This document shows, in pieces, positions 1 to 8,822 of a DNA stretch of 64,000 nucleotides (position 1 is the stretch's first letter; every line of letters begins with the position of its first letter). This stretch comes from Vulcanimicrobiota bacterium. GTDB lineage: Bacteria > Vulcanimicrobiota > Vulcanimicrobiia > Vulcanimicrobiales > Vulcanimicrobiaceae. Below the pieces are notes generated by a model that searched no databases, had not been told where the DNA came from, and worked only from the letters and a program-made list of their open reading frames with translations. The position numbers were made by a program, and so were the translations under genes. Where the stretch lies: NCBI GenBank assembly GCA_014305025.1, contig JACRTY010000056.1, positions 12,780 to 76,779 on the forward strand. The letters are read 5' to 3'.

Positions 1-349
1 ACAGGATGTCGAGCGGTTCCACGTCCCAGCCCGAGAGCGCCCGGCCGATCATGTCGGCATCGAGCCGGCATTCGGCGGCGGTCGTGATTTGACGGACCGG
101 CGCTCCGCTGCGGGCGAGCCGGTCGGCATCGTTGCTCGTCGCCTGGTCCCCCACGAGGGCGGCGACACGGCGCGTTTGTTGGAAGTGGCGCAAGGTCGCT
201 TCGAGCAACGTCGTCTTGCCGGACCCGGGACTGGAGAGGAGGTTGACCACCAGCGTGCCGCTCTCGGCAAACCGTCCGCGGAGCGCGCAGGCGAGGTCCT
301 CGTTCTTGCGCAGGATATTCTGTTGAATTTCGACGACGCGCAGCTTCAC
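1..349 (-). CDS. hypB: HypB hydrogenase nickel-incorporation GTPase (3' part runs off the window)
   Basis: Reverse translation from GTG at 349 reads VKLRVVEIQQNILRKNEDLA...VVNLLSSPGSGKTTLLEATL...LVGDQATSNDADRL, which includes the P-loop GSGKTT. GTGA overlap with the hypA stop. Absent from the ORF track because there is no stop inside the window. Confidence 0.85.
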   Translation of the reverse strand, partial: MKLRVVEIQQNILRKNEDLACALRGRFAESGTLVVNLLSSPGSGKTTLLEATLRHFQQTRRVAALVGDQATSNDADRLARSGAPVRQITTAAECRLDADMIGRALSGWDVEPLDIL

Positions 350-693
350 GCCGGTACCTCCATCGCAACGAGTTCGAGTTCGCGACCGCGCACGATCAGC
401 GGGGCCGGCGCTCCGCACGCAGGACAGATCAGTCCGCCGCCTTCGCGAGGTTCACCTTCGCGCTCGCACTGCGGGCACGCGACGCTCACCGGAACGTCGT
501 CGATGAGAAGTTCCGCTTCGGAGGCGACCGTGTCGGCTCGAGCGAGGTCCCACGCGAAGCACAGCGCATCGATCGTCACGCCGCTCAGCCGCCCAATGCG
601 CAGGCGAACGCTCGTGACGCGGCTCGCGCCTTCACGCGCAGCGGCCTCGCCGATTTCGTCGAGCAGCGATAGTGCGATGGAAAGCTCGTGAAT
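346..693 (-). CDS. hypA: HypA hydrogenase nickel metallochaperone
   Basis: ORF 346..723. The family N-terminus (M)HELSIALSLL appears as I-H-E-L-S at codon 11. Zinc site CPQC...CPACG. Start set to ATT 693, with GGAGG at 703..707 nine nt upstream; the first ATG is at 723. Confidence 0.85.
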   Translation of the reverse strand: MHELSIALSLLDEIGEAAAREGASRVTSVRLRIGRLSGVTIDALCFAWDLARADTVASEAELLIDDVPVSVACPQCEREGEPREGGGLICPACGAPAPLIVRGRELELVAMEVPA

Positions 694-898
694 CCTGGGA
701 CGCCTCCGAAGCGCATGAACCATCGGCGCGACTGCGCGTTACGGCGTTGCCGATCATGCGACGAAAAAGTCGCGCCATCCTCTTGCGCAACGCCATCCAA
801 CGGAGTAGCCTCTGCGTTGGGTCTAAAACGAAAACCCGGATTGTATCCCCACGGCTGACGGAACTCGAAGCGCGCAGATGCGCGAAAGGAAGCGTTCG

Positions 899-1936
899 AT
901 GTCGATTGCTCCACCTTCGGATACACTGGTCAACGTACTCTGGATTCCCGCGGGTCTCAGTTGTGACGGTGACTCCGTCTCGCTGACGGCGGCGGCGCAG
1001 CCGGCGATCGAAGAGATCGCGCTGCAAGCGATTCCCGGCTTACCGAAGGTCAAGTTCTATTGGCCGCTGATCGAGTACAGCACCGGCGACGAGTTCTTGC
1101 AGGCGTTTTTCAAGGCCGAACGCGGTGAGATGGACCCCTTCGTGCTCGTGCTCGAGGGTTCGATCGCAAACGAAGCCATCAAGAGCGAAGGTTACTGGAC
1201 CGGCTTCGGCAACAAGGCCGGTTCCGACCAGCCGCGCACGTTCTCGGACTGGATCGATGCGCTGGCTCCCAAGGCGTGGGCAGTGCTTGCGGCCGGAACC
1301 TGCGCGACCTACGGCGGCATCCATGCAATGGCCGGCAATCCGACAGGCGCGATGGGCGCGCTCGATTACCTCGGTTGGGATTGGAAATCGAGTGCCGGCG
1401 TGCCGATCGTGTGCGTTCCCGGCTGTCCCGTCCAGCCCGACAACATGTCCGAGACGATCCTGTATCTCTTGTGGCAAGCCGCCGGCCGCGCACCGATGAT
1501 TCCGCTCGATGAAGCGGGCCGCCCGCAATGGCTCTTCGGCAACACGGTGCATGAAGGCTGCGACCGCGGCAGCTATTACGAGCAGGGCCAATTCGCCGAA
1601 ACGTACGATTCGCCGAAGTGCTTGGTCAAGTTGGGCTGCTGGGGGCCGACGGTCAAGTGCAACGTTCCCAAGCGCGGCTGGATGGGGGGCGTCGGCGGAT
1701 GCCCCAACGTCGGCGGTATCTGCATCGGCTGCACGATGCCCGGCTTCCCCGACAAGTTCATGCCGTTCATGGACGAGCCGCCGGGCGGCCACCTCAGTTC
1801 GACGTTGATCGGCGGCTACGGCGCGCTCATCCGGCAGCTGCGCAGCTTCACCACGCATACGCTCGACAAAGAACCGAAATGGCGCCATAAGGGCACGCAA
1901 CTCACGACGGGCTACAACCCCCGCCGCGGCGCCTAG
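899..1936 (+). CDS. hhyS: [NiFe]-hydrogenase small subunit, group 1h type, no Tat leader
   Basis: ORF 878..1936. AGGA at 887..890 favours ATG 899. Motifs LWIPAGLSCDGDS, GTCATYGG, VPGCP, HEGCDRG, GCWGPTVKCN, GGCPNVGGICIGCTMPGFPDKF. No RRxF twin-arginine motif. Confidence 0.9.
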   Translation: MSIAPPSDTLVNVLWIPAGLSCDGDSVSLTAAAQPAIEEIALQAIPGLPKVKFYWPLIEYSTGDEFLQAFFKAERGEMDPFVLVLEGSIANEAIKSEGYWTGFGNKAGSDQPRTFSDWIDALAPKAWAVLAAGTCATYGGIHAMAGNPTGAMGALDYLGWDWKSSAGVPIVCVPGCPVQPDNMSETILYLLWQAAGRAPMIPLDEAGRPQWLFGNTVHEGCDRGSYYEQGQFAETYDSPKCLVKLGCWGPTVKCNVPKRGWMGGVGGCPNVGGICIGCTMPGFPDKFMPFMDEPPGGHLSSTLIGGYGALIRQLRSFTTHTLDKEPKWRHKGTQLTTGYNPRRGA

Positions 1937-1997
1937 GGCCTCCTTGGGTCCGCATTTTACCATTCGATCTTCGCTTATCACGATAGAGGTGCACTAG

Positions 1998-3785
1998 ATG
2001 GCAGTCCAAGCACGACCCCAGAGCGGCACGTCGGCTGCGCAGTCCCGGTTGGTCGAAATGTCGTGGGATCCGATCACCCGGATCGTCGGCAGCCTCGGCA
2101 TCTATACGAAGATCGATTTCGGCCAAAAGGTCGTCGCGGAGTGTCACAGCACGTCGTCCATCTTCCGCGGCTATTCGATTTTCATGAAAGGCAAAGACCC
2201 GCGCGACGCGCACTTCATCACCTCGCGCATCTGCGGTATCTGCGGCGACAACCATGCGGCCTGCTCGGTCTACGGGCAGAACATGGCGTTCGGCGTGCGG
2301 CCGCCGCACTTGGGCGAATGGGTGCTCAATCTCGGCGAAGCGGCCGAGTACATGTTCGACCACAACATCTTCCAAGAGAATCTGGTCGGGGTCGACTTCT
2401 GCGAGCAGATGGTTCGCGAAACCAATCCGTCCGTCTGGGAAAAAGCCAAGGCCAAGCAGGCGCCCAACGCCGGCATCCACGGCTACAAAACGATCGCCGA
2501 CATCATGGCGGCGCTCAATCCGTTTACCGGCGACTTCTATCGCGAAGCACTGACGGCCAGCCGCTACACGCGCGAGATGTTCTGCTTGATGGAGGGGCGC
2601 CACGTTCATCCGTCAACGGTCTACGCGGGCGGCATGGGGACCGTCGCGACCCATCAACTCTTCACCGACTACTACACCCGGTTGATGCGCTACATCGAGC
2701 ACATGAAGCGCGCCGTGCCTTTGCACGATGACCTGTTCGACTTCATGTATGAAGCGTTGCCGGGCTACGAGCACGTCGGCGAGCGCCGCATTCTGCTCGG
2801 CTGTTGGGGCGCCTTCCAGGATCCCGAATACTGCGACTTCGACTATAAGAACATGACGAACTGGGGTCGCAAGATGTTCGTCACGCCGGGCGTCGTGGTC
2901 GACGGCAAACTCGTCACCAACGACCTCGTGCAGATCAACCTGGGCATTCGCATCCTGCTCGGCAGTTCGTACTACGACGATTGGCAGAGCCAAGAGACGT
3001 TCGTTCCCAACGACCCGCTCGGCAATCCGGTCGACCGCCGGCATCCTTGGAACATGCACACCAACCCGCGTCCGCAGAAGCGCGATTTCAACAATAATTA
3101 CAGTTGGGTCATGTCGCCGCGCTGGTTCGACGGGAAGGACCATCTCGCGCTCGACACCGGCGGCGGCCCGCTCGCTCGTTTGTGGTCGACCGCACTCTCG
3201 GGCCTAGTCGATATCGGCTACATCAAAGCGACCGGCAACAGCGTCGTCATCAACCTCCCCAAGAGCGTCCTGAGCGGGGCGACGAGCTTCGAGTGGAAGA
3301 TTCCGAAATGGTCCAACACGATCGAACGCGACCGCGCGCGCACGTACTTCCAAGCCTATGCGGCTGCCGCCGCGCTGCACTTCCTCGATAAGTCCTTCGA
3401 AGAGCTGCAAGCCGGCCGGACGCGCACCTGGGAGCCGTTCACGGTCCCGCAGGACGCGATCGGCTGTGGATTTACCGAAGCGGTGCGCGGCGTGCTCTCG
3501 CATCACATGGTGATCCGCGACGGCAAGATTGCGAACTACCATCCCTGGCCGCCGACGCCGTGGAACGCGAATCCCCGCGACATCTACGGAACGCCGGGAC
3601 CCTACGAGGATGCGGTTCAGGGCTGTCCGCTCTTCGAAGAGAACGGGCCCGAGAACTTCAAGGGCATCGACATCATGCGTACGGTGCGCAGCTTCGATCC
3701 ATGCTTGCCGTGCGGCGTGCACATGTACGTCGGGGGCGGAAAGACGATCGAGACCGTGCACTCGCCGCTCGCGCCGTTCGGGTAA
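1998..3785 (+). CDS. hhyL: [NiFe]-hydrogenase large subunit, group 1h type
   Basis: 595 aa. N-terminal Ni-ligand motif TSRICGICGDNH, C-terminal motif SFDPCLPCGVH followed by a 20-aa extension. AGAGGTG lies upstream of the ATG. Confidence 0.95.
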   Translation: MAVQARPQSGTSAAQSRLVEMSWDPITRIVGSLGIYTKIDFGQKVVAECHSTSSIFRGYSIFMKGKDPRDAHFITSRICGICGDNHAACSVYGQNMAFGVRPPHLGEWVLNLGEAAEYMFDHNIFQENLVGVDFCEQMVRETNPSVWEKAKAKQAPNAGIHGYKTIADIMAALNPFTGDFYREALTASRYTREMFCLMEGRHVHPSTVYAGGMGTVATHQLFTDYYTRLMRYIEHMKRAVPLHDDLFDFMYEALPGYEHVGERRILLGCWGAFQDPEYCDFDYKNMTNWGRKMFVTPGVVVDGKLVTNDLVQINLGIRILLGSSYYDDWQSQETFVPNDPLGNPVDRRHPWNMHTNPRPQKRDFNNNYSWVMSPRWFDGKDHLALDTGGGPLARLWSTALSGLVDIGYIKATGNSVVINLPKSVLSGATSFEWKIPKWSNTIERDRARTYFQAYAAAAALHFLDKSFEELQAGRTRTWEPFTVPQDAIGCGFTEAVRGVLSHHMVIRDGKIANYHPWPPTPWNANPRDIYGTPGPYEDAVQGCPLFEENGPENFKGIDIMRTVRSFDPCLPCGVHMYVGGGKTIETVHSPLAPFG

Positions 3786-3916
3786 CGGGCGCCACGCAGA
3801 CACACGAGGTTTCGCAACCCGCGGCGCAAGCGGCATCGAACGCCATCGCATCGCTCCTGGCCGAGGTCGCCGCGGCGCCCTCGGTCGAGCGTGCGCACGA
3901 GAAGACCGAAGAACTC

Positions 3917-4648
3917 GTGCGAACGCTGGTCGGCTTCTACGGCGACGGGCTCGAAAAGATTCTGACGATCGTCCACGACGCGGGTGCCGAGCGGGCGCCC
4001 GCGATCTTCGAGGCGCTCTGCGCGGACGAGTTCGTGGAAAGCCTGCTGGTGTTACACGGGTTACATCCGCTGTCGCTCGAGGAGCGCGTTGAAGCGGCGC
4101 TGGAATCGGTGCGTCCGTATCTCGCTTCCCATGAAGGTGCCGTCGATTTGGTCGGCATCGAGGGCGACGTCGCCGAAGTGCGCTTCCGCGGGAGTTGCGA
4201 CGGCTGTCCGTCGTCGAGCGCGACGATGCAGGGCGCCGTCGAACGTGCGATTCTTGAACGCGTTCCGGAAATCACGACGGTGCGCGCAGCGGGCGTCGCG
4301 CCCGCGGCATCGTCGTCGCTTCGCGTCGAGAGTGATTGGGTCGCGCTCGATGCGCTGCCGACCCTCCCGACCGATGGTCTTGCGCGCTTGGCGCTCGACG
4401 GAACCACGGTGTTGTTCGTGCGCGGGGAAGCGGCCCTGTACGCCTATCGCGATCGGTGTCCCGCGTGCGCGAGCAGCTTCGGCGACGCCCACTTGGAGTG
4501 GCCATTCGTTCGCTGCGGCGCCTGCGGCGGTCGCTTCGACGTCGTGCGTGCCGGACGTTCCGAGAACGATGCCCGCACGTTCGCCGAGCCGTTCCCGCTC
4601 GTGCGTGAAGGCGAACGCGTTCGCGTCGCCATCCCGCTCGGAGTTTAA
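3917..4648 (+). CDS. NifU-like / 4-Cys Rieske-fold-like putative FeS protein (resembles mycobacterial HhyE)
   Basis: NifU C-terminal type motif GSCDGCPSSSATM, then ...YRDRCPACASSF...VRCGACGGRFD. The first canonical start is GTG 3917. The frame is open and coding-like (G/C-rich third positions) back to 3785 with only ATC 3845 and CTG 3857 available, so the true start is unresolved. Confidence 0.7.
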   Translation: MRTLVGFYGDGLEKILTIVHDAGAERAPAIFEALCADEFVESLLVLHGLHPLSLEERVEAALESVRPYLASHEGAVDLVGIEGDVAEVRFRGSCDGCPSSSATMQGAVERAILERVPEITTVRAAGVAPAASSSLRVESDWVALDALPTLPTDGLARLALDGTTVLFVRGEAALYAYRDRCPACASSFGDAHLEWPFVRCGACGGRFDVVRAGRSENDARTFAEPFPLVREGERVRVAIPLGV

Positions 4649-4653
4649 CGTCA

Positions 4654-5268
4654 GTGGCGGTCGAGGATCGCGGCGATTTCGCCGCGCTGCAGGCGCTTCT
4701 CCGTAAGCCGGTTCCCGATACGGGCGAACGGTGCGATTTTTGCGCGCAGCCGGTCGGGGCCGAACACGGTCATCTCGTCGATCTCAAAGCGCGCCGGATC
4801 ATGTGCGGCTGCCGTCCTTGTTGGCTCGTCTTCGAGCCGACCGGAGCCGCGCAGGGCCGCTACAAGCCGGTTCCGACGCGTTACGCGGTGCTCAGCGATC
4901 TTCTGGTCGACGAAACCACATGGGATGCGCTGCAGATTCCGATCGGGCTCGCGTTTTTCTTTTACAACTCGGTCGAGAACCGCGTCATCGCGCTCTATCC
5001 CGGCCCGGCGGGCGCCACGGAATCGCAGCTCCCGCTGGATGCGTGGTCGTTGCTAGCAGCGCATCCGGTTGTCGCGGGTTTGGAAGCCGACGTCGAGGCG
5101 CTCGTCTTGCGACGCCGCGAGGGTGCGACGGCGGCATATCTGGTTCCGATCGACCGGGCGTACGAACTCGTCGGCGTGATTCGGTCCTCGTGGCGTGGTT
5201 TCGACGGCGGTGAGGACGCCAAACGCCGCATCGACGCGTTCTTCGAAAGCGTCGAGGCGCGCGCGTGA
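4654..5268 (+). CDS. Conserved hydrogenase-cluster protein of unknown function (DUF5947-like)
   Basis: 204-aa ORF. Cys motifs CDFCAQP...CGCRPCW. Position immediately after the NifU-like gene as in other group 1h loci (from memory). GTGA overlap with the next gene. Confidence 0.7.
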   Translation: MAVEDRGDFAALQALLRKPVPDTGERCDFCAQPVGAEHGHLVDLKARRIMCGCRPCWLVFEPTGAAQGRYKPVPTRYAVLSDLLVDETTWDALQIPIGLAFFFYNSVENRVIALYPGPAGATESQLPLDAWSLLAAHPVVAGLEADVEALVLRRREGATAAYLVPIDRAYELVGVIRSSWRGFDGGEDAKRRIDAFFESVEARA

Positions 5269-5948
5269 GCACCCTTGCATTCTCGGTCGTCGGCGCGCGG
5301 CCGGAACCATATGCGGCCGCACCCGCGCTGACGCTGGAATTGCACGTGGCCGAGTCGTCGGGCGTGCGGGTCGACGCCATTGCCCTGCGCGCGCAAGTCT
5401 CGATCGAACCGCAGCGGCGGCGCTATGCCCACGGTGAAGCGGAGAAACTGAGCGATTTGTTCGGGCCGCAGCAGCGGTTCGGCGACACGTTGCGCACGAT
5501 GCTGTGGGCCAACCTCGCGACGACGGTGCTGGGTTTTTCGGGGGCGACGCACGCCGACTTGACCTTACCGTGCAGTTACGATTTCGAGGTCGCCGCGTAC
5601 AAGTATCTGGCCGCCCTCGAGGACGGCGAGATTCCCTTGGTTGCCTTCTTTAGCGGGACGGTGTTCGTGCACGGCGAGCACGGCGTTACCGGTGAGCTCG
5701 TGCCCTGGACGTGCGAAGCGCGCTACCGCTTGCCGGTGGCGGTGTATCGACAAACGATGGAAGCGCATTTTCCCAACAGCGCGTGGATTCGCGTCCACCG
5801 CGACACGTTCGATGCGCTCGACCGCGCGCGGCGGAGTGCCGGCCATCCGACATGGGACCGCACGTTGCTGGCCCTGCTCGCCGGCGATGTCGGCCTGAAC
5901 GGCGTTGCCGCAAACGGCGCCGGGACGGGCGGGGTGCGCAAGCCATGA
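5265..5948 (+). CDS. Conserved hydrogenase-cluster protein of unknown function (DUF6084-like)
   Basis: 227-aa ORF with start/stop overlaps to both neighbours. No recognisable catalytic motif. Confidence 0.65.
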   Translation: MSTLAFSVVGARPEPYAAAPALTLELHVAESSGVRVDAIALRAQVSIEPQRRRYAHGEAEKLSDLFGPQQRFGDTLRTMLWANLATTVLGFSGATHADLTLPCSYDFEVAAYKYLAALEDGEIPLVAFFSGTVFVHGEHGVTGELVPWTCEARYRLPVAVYRQTMEAHFPNSAWIRVHRDTFDALDRARRSAGHPTWDRTLLALLAGDVGLNGVAANGAGTGGVRKP

Positions 5949-7234
5949 CCGATTTTTCGGCAGCCCGGGCGATTGCCGATACGGTGCTTTACGAAGGGTA
6001 TTTGCTCTTTCCGTACACCGCATCGACCCGCAAGAACCAGATGCGCTGGCAGTTCGGCGTCGTGGTGCCGCTGGCGTATGAGGCCGCTGGCACGGGGGAG
6101 CACGGCGAGCAACAGACCGACATCCTGTTCGAACCGAGCGGCGCTGCACCGGCGGTCGACGTCCTCGTGCGTTTCTTGCACGTCGTCGCCCGGACCGTCG
6201 AAGCGGCGCAGTTTGACGGTGGTTTCCGCGAAGTTCCGTCACTGACCGTCGACGGCACGACGCACGTGACGTTCGACGAGACGCGTGAACGCGACGTCGC
6301 GCTGACGCTTCAAACGTCGCCCCGCGCGCAGGAAGACGTGTCGTTCAACTTCGAAGGCGAGCGCCTCATCGAGCTGCTGCACGCCTCTGACGGCACGGTT
6401 GCGGGGCGGGTCGTACGCGAGTGTCTGCCGCTCGCCGGCGTGCTGAGAGCGACGGCCGCGCCGGTCGATGGGGCGCCGCTGCTTTACCGCTTGCGCGTGC
6501 GGCTCGAGAACCATTCCGGCATCGTTGCGGGCCGCGAACGCGCCGGCGTATTACGCACGGCGTTTGTTTCCGCGCATACCTTGCTCGGTGCGCGCGACGG
6601 GACATTTCTCTCGCCGATCGATCCGCCGCCGTATGCCGGCGGCGCGACCGCCGCACTGGAAAACCGCCACACGTGGCCCGTGCTCGTCGGTGACGCGCAA
6701 CTCGATCCGCAACGTGCCGCGATCGTGCTCTCATCGCCGATCGTGCTAAGCGATTTTCCGCAAGTCGCGGCCCAAACCGCCGAAGCCCACGACGGAACCG
6801 AGATCGACGAGCTGCTGCGGTTGGGCGTGCTCGGGCTTTCGGATGCCGAACGTGCCGAAGCGCGGGCCACGGATCCGCGTGCGCGCGCGATCGTCGAGCG
6901 CGCCGAACGCTTCGACGCGGCCGAGCATGCCCGCATCCATAGCGCCGCGTTGGAAGCGATGGATGCGCCGGCGCCGCAGAGCATGGTCGTGAACGGCATA
7001 ACGGTAGCGGCGGGATCGAGCGTACGACTGCAGCCCAAACGCCGCGCCGATGCGTGGGACATGTTCCTCGCCGGCAAGACGGCGACGGTGCGCAAAGTCC
7101 ATCAAGATCTCGAAGGCAAATGGTATGCCGCGGTCACGATCGACGACGACCCGGCAAGCGACCTGCACGAATGGTACGGCCGCGCATTCTTTTACGAACC
7201 CGACGAGATCGAACCGCTCGGACCGGCGTCGTGA
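5945..7234 (+). CDS. Conserved hydrogenase-cluster hypothetical protein (429 aa)
   Basis: ORF track gives 5711..7234. ATG 5945 forms an ATGA overlap with the upstream stop and begins MTDFSAARAIADTVLYEGYLLFPYTAS. The upstream extension is Arg-rich read-through. Confidence 0.65.
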   Translation: MTDFSAARAIADTVLYEGYLLFPYTASTRKNQMRWQFGVVVPLAYEAAGTGEHGEQQTDILFEPSGAAPAVDVLVRFLHVVARTVEAAQFDGGFREVPSLTVDGTTHVTFDETRERDVALTLQTSPRAQEDVSFNFEGERLIELLHASDGTVAGRVVRECLPLAGVLRATAAPVDGAPLLYRLRVRLENHSGIVAGRERAGVLRTAFVSAHTLLGARDGTFLSPIDPPPYAGGATAALENRHTWPVLVGDAQLDPQRAAIVLSSPIVLSDFPQVAAQTAEAHDGTEIDELLRLGVLGLSDAERAEARATDPRARAIVERAERFDAAEHARIHSAALEAMDAPAPQSMVVNGITVAAGSSVRLQPKRRADAWDMFLAGKTATVRKVHQDLEGKWYAAVTIDDDPASDLHEWYGRAFFYEPDEIEPLGPAS

Positions 7235-7716
7235 CGGCGCGCGTGCTGGTCGCCGGGGTCGGTAATATTTTCTTCGGCGACGACGGCTTCGGGCCCGCGG
7301 TCGCCCAGCGGCTCGCGGGCGAAACGATCCCCGACGCCCGCATTGCCGATTTCGGTATTCGCGGGATGCACCTGGCCTACGAGTTGCTCTCGGGATACGC
7401 CGCGGCCGTTCTCATCGACGCCGTCCCGCGTGGCGGTGAGCCGGGAACCTTGTACGTCATCGAACCGGAGCCGGTCAAGAGCGGCATGGCTCCCGACGCC
7501 CACCGGATGGATCTGGAAAACGTGTTTGCCTGTGCGCGCATGCTCGGCGGCGAACCGCCGCCCGTGACGATCGTTGGCTGTGAGCCTGCGACGATCGACG
7601 AAGGAATCGGGCTCTCACCAACCATGGAACGCGCGGTCGAGGCGGCGCTGCCGCTGGTACGCCGTGTGGTCGCAGCGGCCGCTGCGACCACCATGGATGC
7701 AACTGCCGGCATTTAG
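7231..7716 (+). CDS. Hydrogenase maturation endopeptidase (HupD/HyaD family)
   Basis: GTG 7231 in a GTGA overlap. N-terminus VTARVLVAGVGNIFFGDDGFGPAVAQRL is typical of the family, followed by ...LIDAV...DAH. Confidence 0.85.
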   Translation: MTARVLVAGVGNIFFGDDGFGPAVAQRLAGETIPDARIADFGIRGMHLAYELLSGYAAAVLIDAVPRGGEPGTLYVIEPEPVKSGMAPDAHRMDLENVFACARMLGGEPPPVTIVGCEPATIDEGIGLSPTMERAVEAALPLVRRVVAAAAATTMDATAGI

Positions 7717-7730
7717 CCGAAGGAGACGCA

Positions 7731-8003
7731 ATGGTCAAAGGTCTGATTTGGGGTAGCGTCGGGTTCGCCGTCGCGTTCGGCGCCTCACGCCTGGTCGGTA
7801 CGCTCACGACTGACCTGAAGCGCTACGATATGATCCGCGCGCAGTCGGGCGACGGGCCGTTCGTGTTCGAATTGCTCGGCAAGCTTCCGGACTTGATGTC
7901 CGCGCTGCCGCCGCTGATGGATGCGGCCAGCCGCGAGAGCGGCAAGCTATTGATGTCGATACCGAGCGACGCGCTTCGCTATGCCCGCATCTCATCAATG
8001 TAG
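7731..8003 (+). CDS. Small membrane protein, unknown function
   Basis: 90 aa. AAGGAG 8 nt upstream of the ATG. One N-terminal hydrophobic helix (LIWGSVGFAVAFGASRLVG). Confidence 0.5.
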   Translation: MVKGLIWGSVGFAVAFGASRLVGTLTTDLKRYDMIRAQSGDGPFVFELLGKLPDLMSALPPLMDAASRESGKLLMSIPSDALRYARISSM

Positions 8004-8511
8004 CCGCTACGTCCTTCTTCCGTCCGAGACGAAGCTCGAGTTTATCGCGAGCAGCAGCTTGCATCCCGTCAAAGGATCGGCGAATGAGTTGCGGGGGCAC
8101 GTCGAAGCCGGATGGGACGACGGCGAAGTGGCGCTCGATCCGCCGCCCGTGATGCACGTCGAGTTCGGCGTGGAACGCTTGCGCTCGGGCAACGACATGC
8201 AAGATCGCCAGATGTGGAAACTGCTCGATAGCAAGCGTAATCCGCGCGTGGTGGCCGATCTGCACGAATTGCGGCCTGCTGGGGCGCATCGCTACGCTGC
8301 GACGGGCGACATCTCGCTTGCCGGAAAGATGCGCCGCTACACGGGCGAACTTAAGGTGACGCGGGAAGGCGTTCGGGTGACGGTCGACGGGCGGCTGCCG
8401 CTCGACATCCGTGACTTCGGCCTCAAACCACCGCGATTTTTGATGTTCACCGTCGCGCCGGTCGTCGAGGTGCGCCTGCACCTCGTTGCCGCCGCACAGG
8501 AAGGTTCGTAG
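7981..8511 (+). CDS. YceI-like domain protein
   Basis: 176 aa. Pattern SETKLEFIASSSLHPVKGSANELRGHVE...LRSGNDMQDRQM...GELKV...LDIRDFGLKPP resembles the YceI beta-barrel family. Confidence 0.5.
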   Translation: MPASHQCSRYVLLPSETKLEFIASSSLHPVKGSANELRGHVEAGWDDGEVALDPPPVMHVEFGVERLRSGNDMQDRQMWKLLDSKRNPRVVADLHELRPAGAHRYAATGDISLAGKMRRYTGELKVTREGVRVTVDGRLPLDIRDFGLKPPRFLMFTVAPVVEVRLHLVAAAQEGS

Positions 8512-8516
8512 CCGGT

Positions 8517-8816
8517 ATGTGTCTCGCGATTCCGGGTCAAGTCGTCGAAATGGACGCCGTGCAGCCCTTACTCGCAAAGGTCGATGTGGGTGGCGTGCGC
8601 CGCAACGTCAACGTCGGGTTACTCGAGCAGAGCGAGCTGGCTCCGGGGGACTGGATATTAATCCACGTCGGCTTTGCGCTCAGTAAGATCGGTGAAGAAG
8701 AAGCGCGCGATCAGTTGCGCATGCTGCGCGCCATGGGCGAAGACGAGCTTGCGATCGAAGAAGTGCGCGGGTATGCTTTTGATGCAGAAGGCGCCGCCCA
8801 CGGCGCGGCAGGGTGA
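8517..8816 (+). CDS. hypC: HypC/HupF hydrogenase assembly chaperone
   Basis: N-terminus MCLAIPGQVVEM is the diagnostic HypC start. Confidence 0.9.
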   Translation: MCLAIPGQVVEMDAVQPLLAKVDVGGVRRNVNVGLLEQSELAPGDWILIHVGFALSKIGEEEARDQLRMLRAMGEDELAIEEVRGYAFDAEGAAHGAAG

Positions 8817-8822
8817 TGAGCG

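Noticed and set aside
89-691. 200-aa plus-strand ORF (and 132..326) across the start of the window
   Set aside because: It lies antisense to clearly recognisable hypB and hypA. Its composition is Ser/Arg/Ala-rich with no motif, the typical shadow ORF of a GC-rich genome.
1040-1981. 313-aa minus-strand ORF opposite hhyS
   Set aside because: It is antisense to a motif-rich hydrogenase small subunit. Similar long antisense ORFs occur opposite hhyL, hypF and rpoC (for example 35856..37373, 505 aa). All lack recognisable domains.
3560-3916. ATG 3560 (or ATG 3701) as start of the NifU-like gene
   Set aside because: These would overlap hhyL by 226 or 85 nt. The overlapping part translates to Arg-rich sequence. 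The start remains unresolved, but it lies downstream of the hhyL stop.
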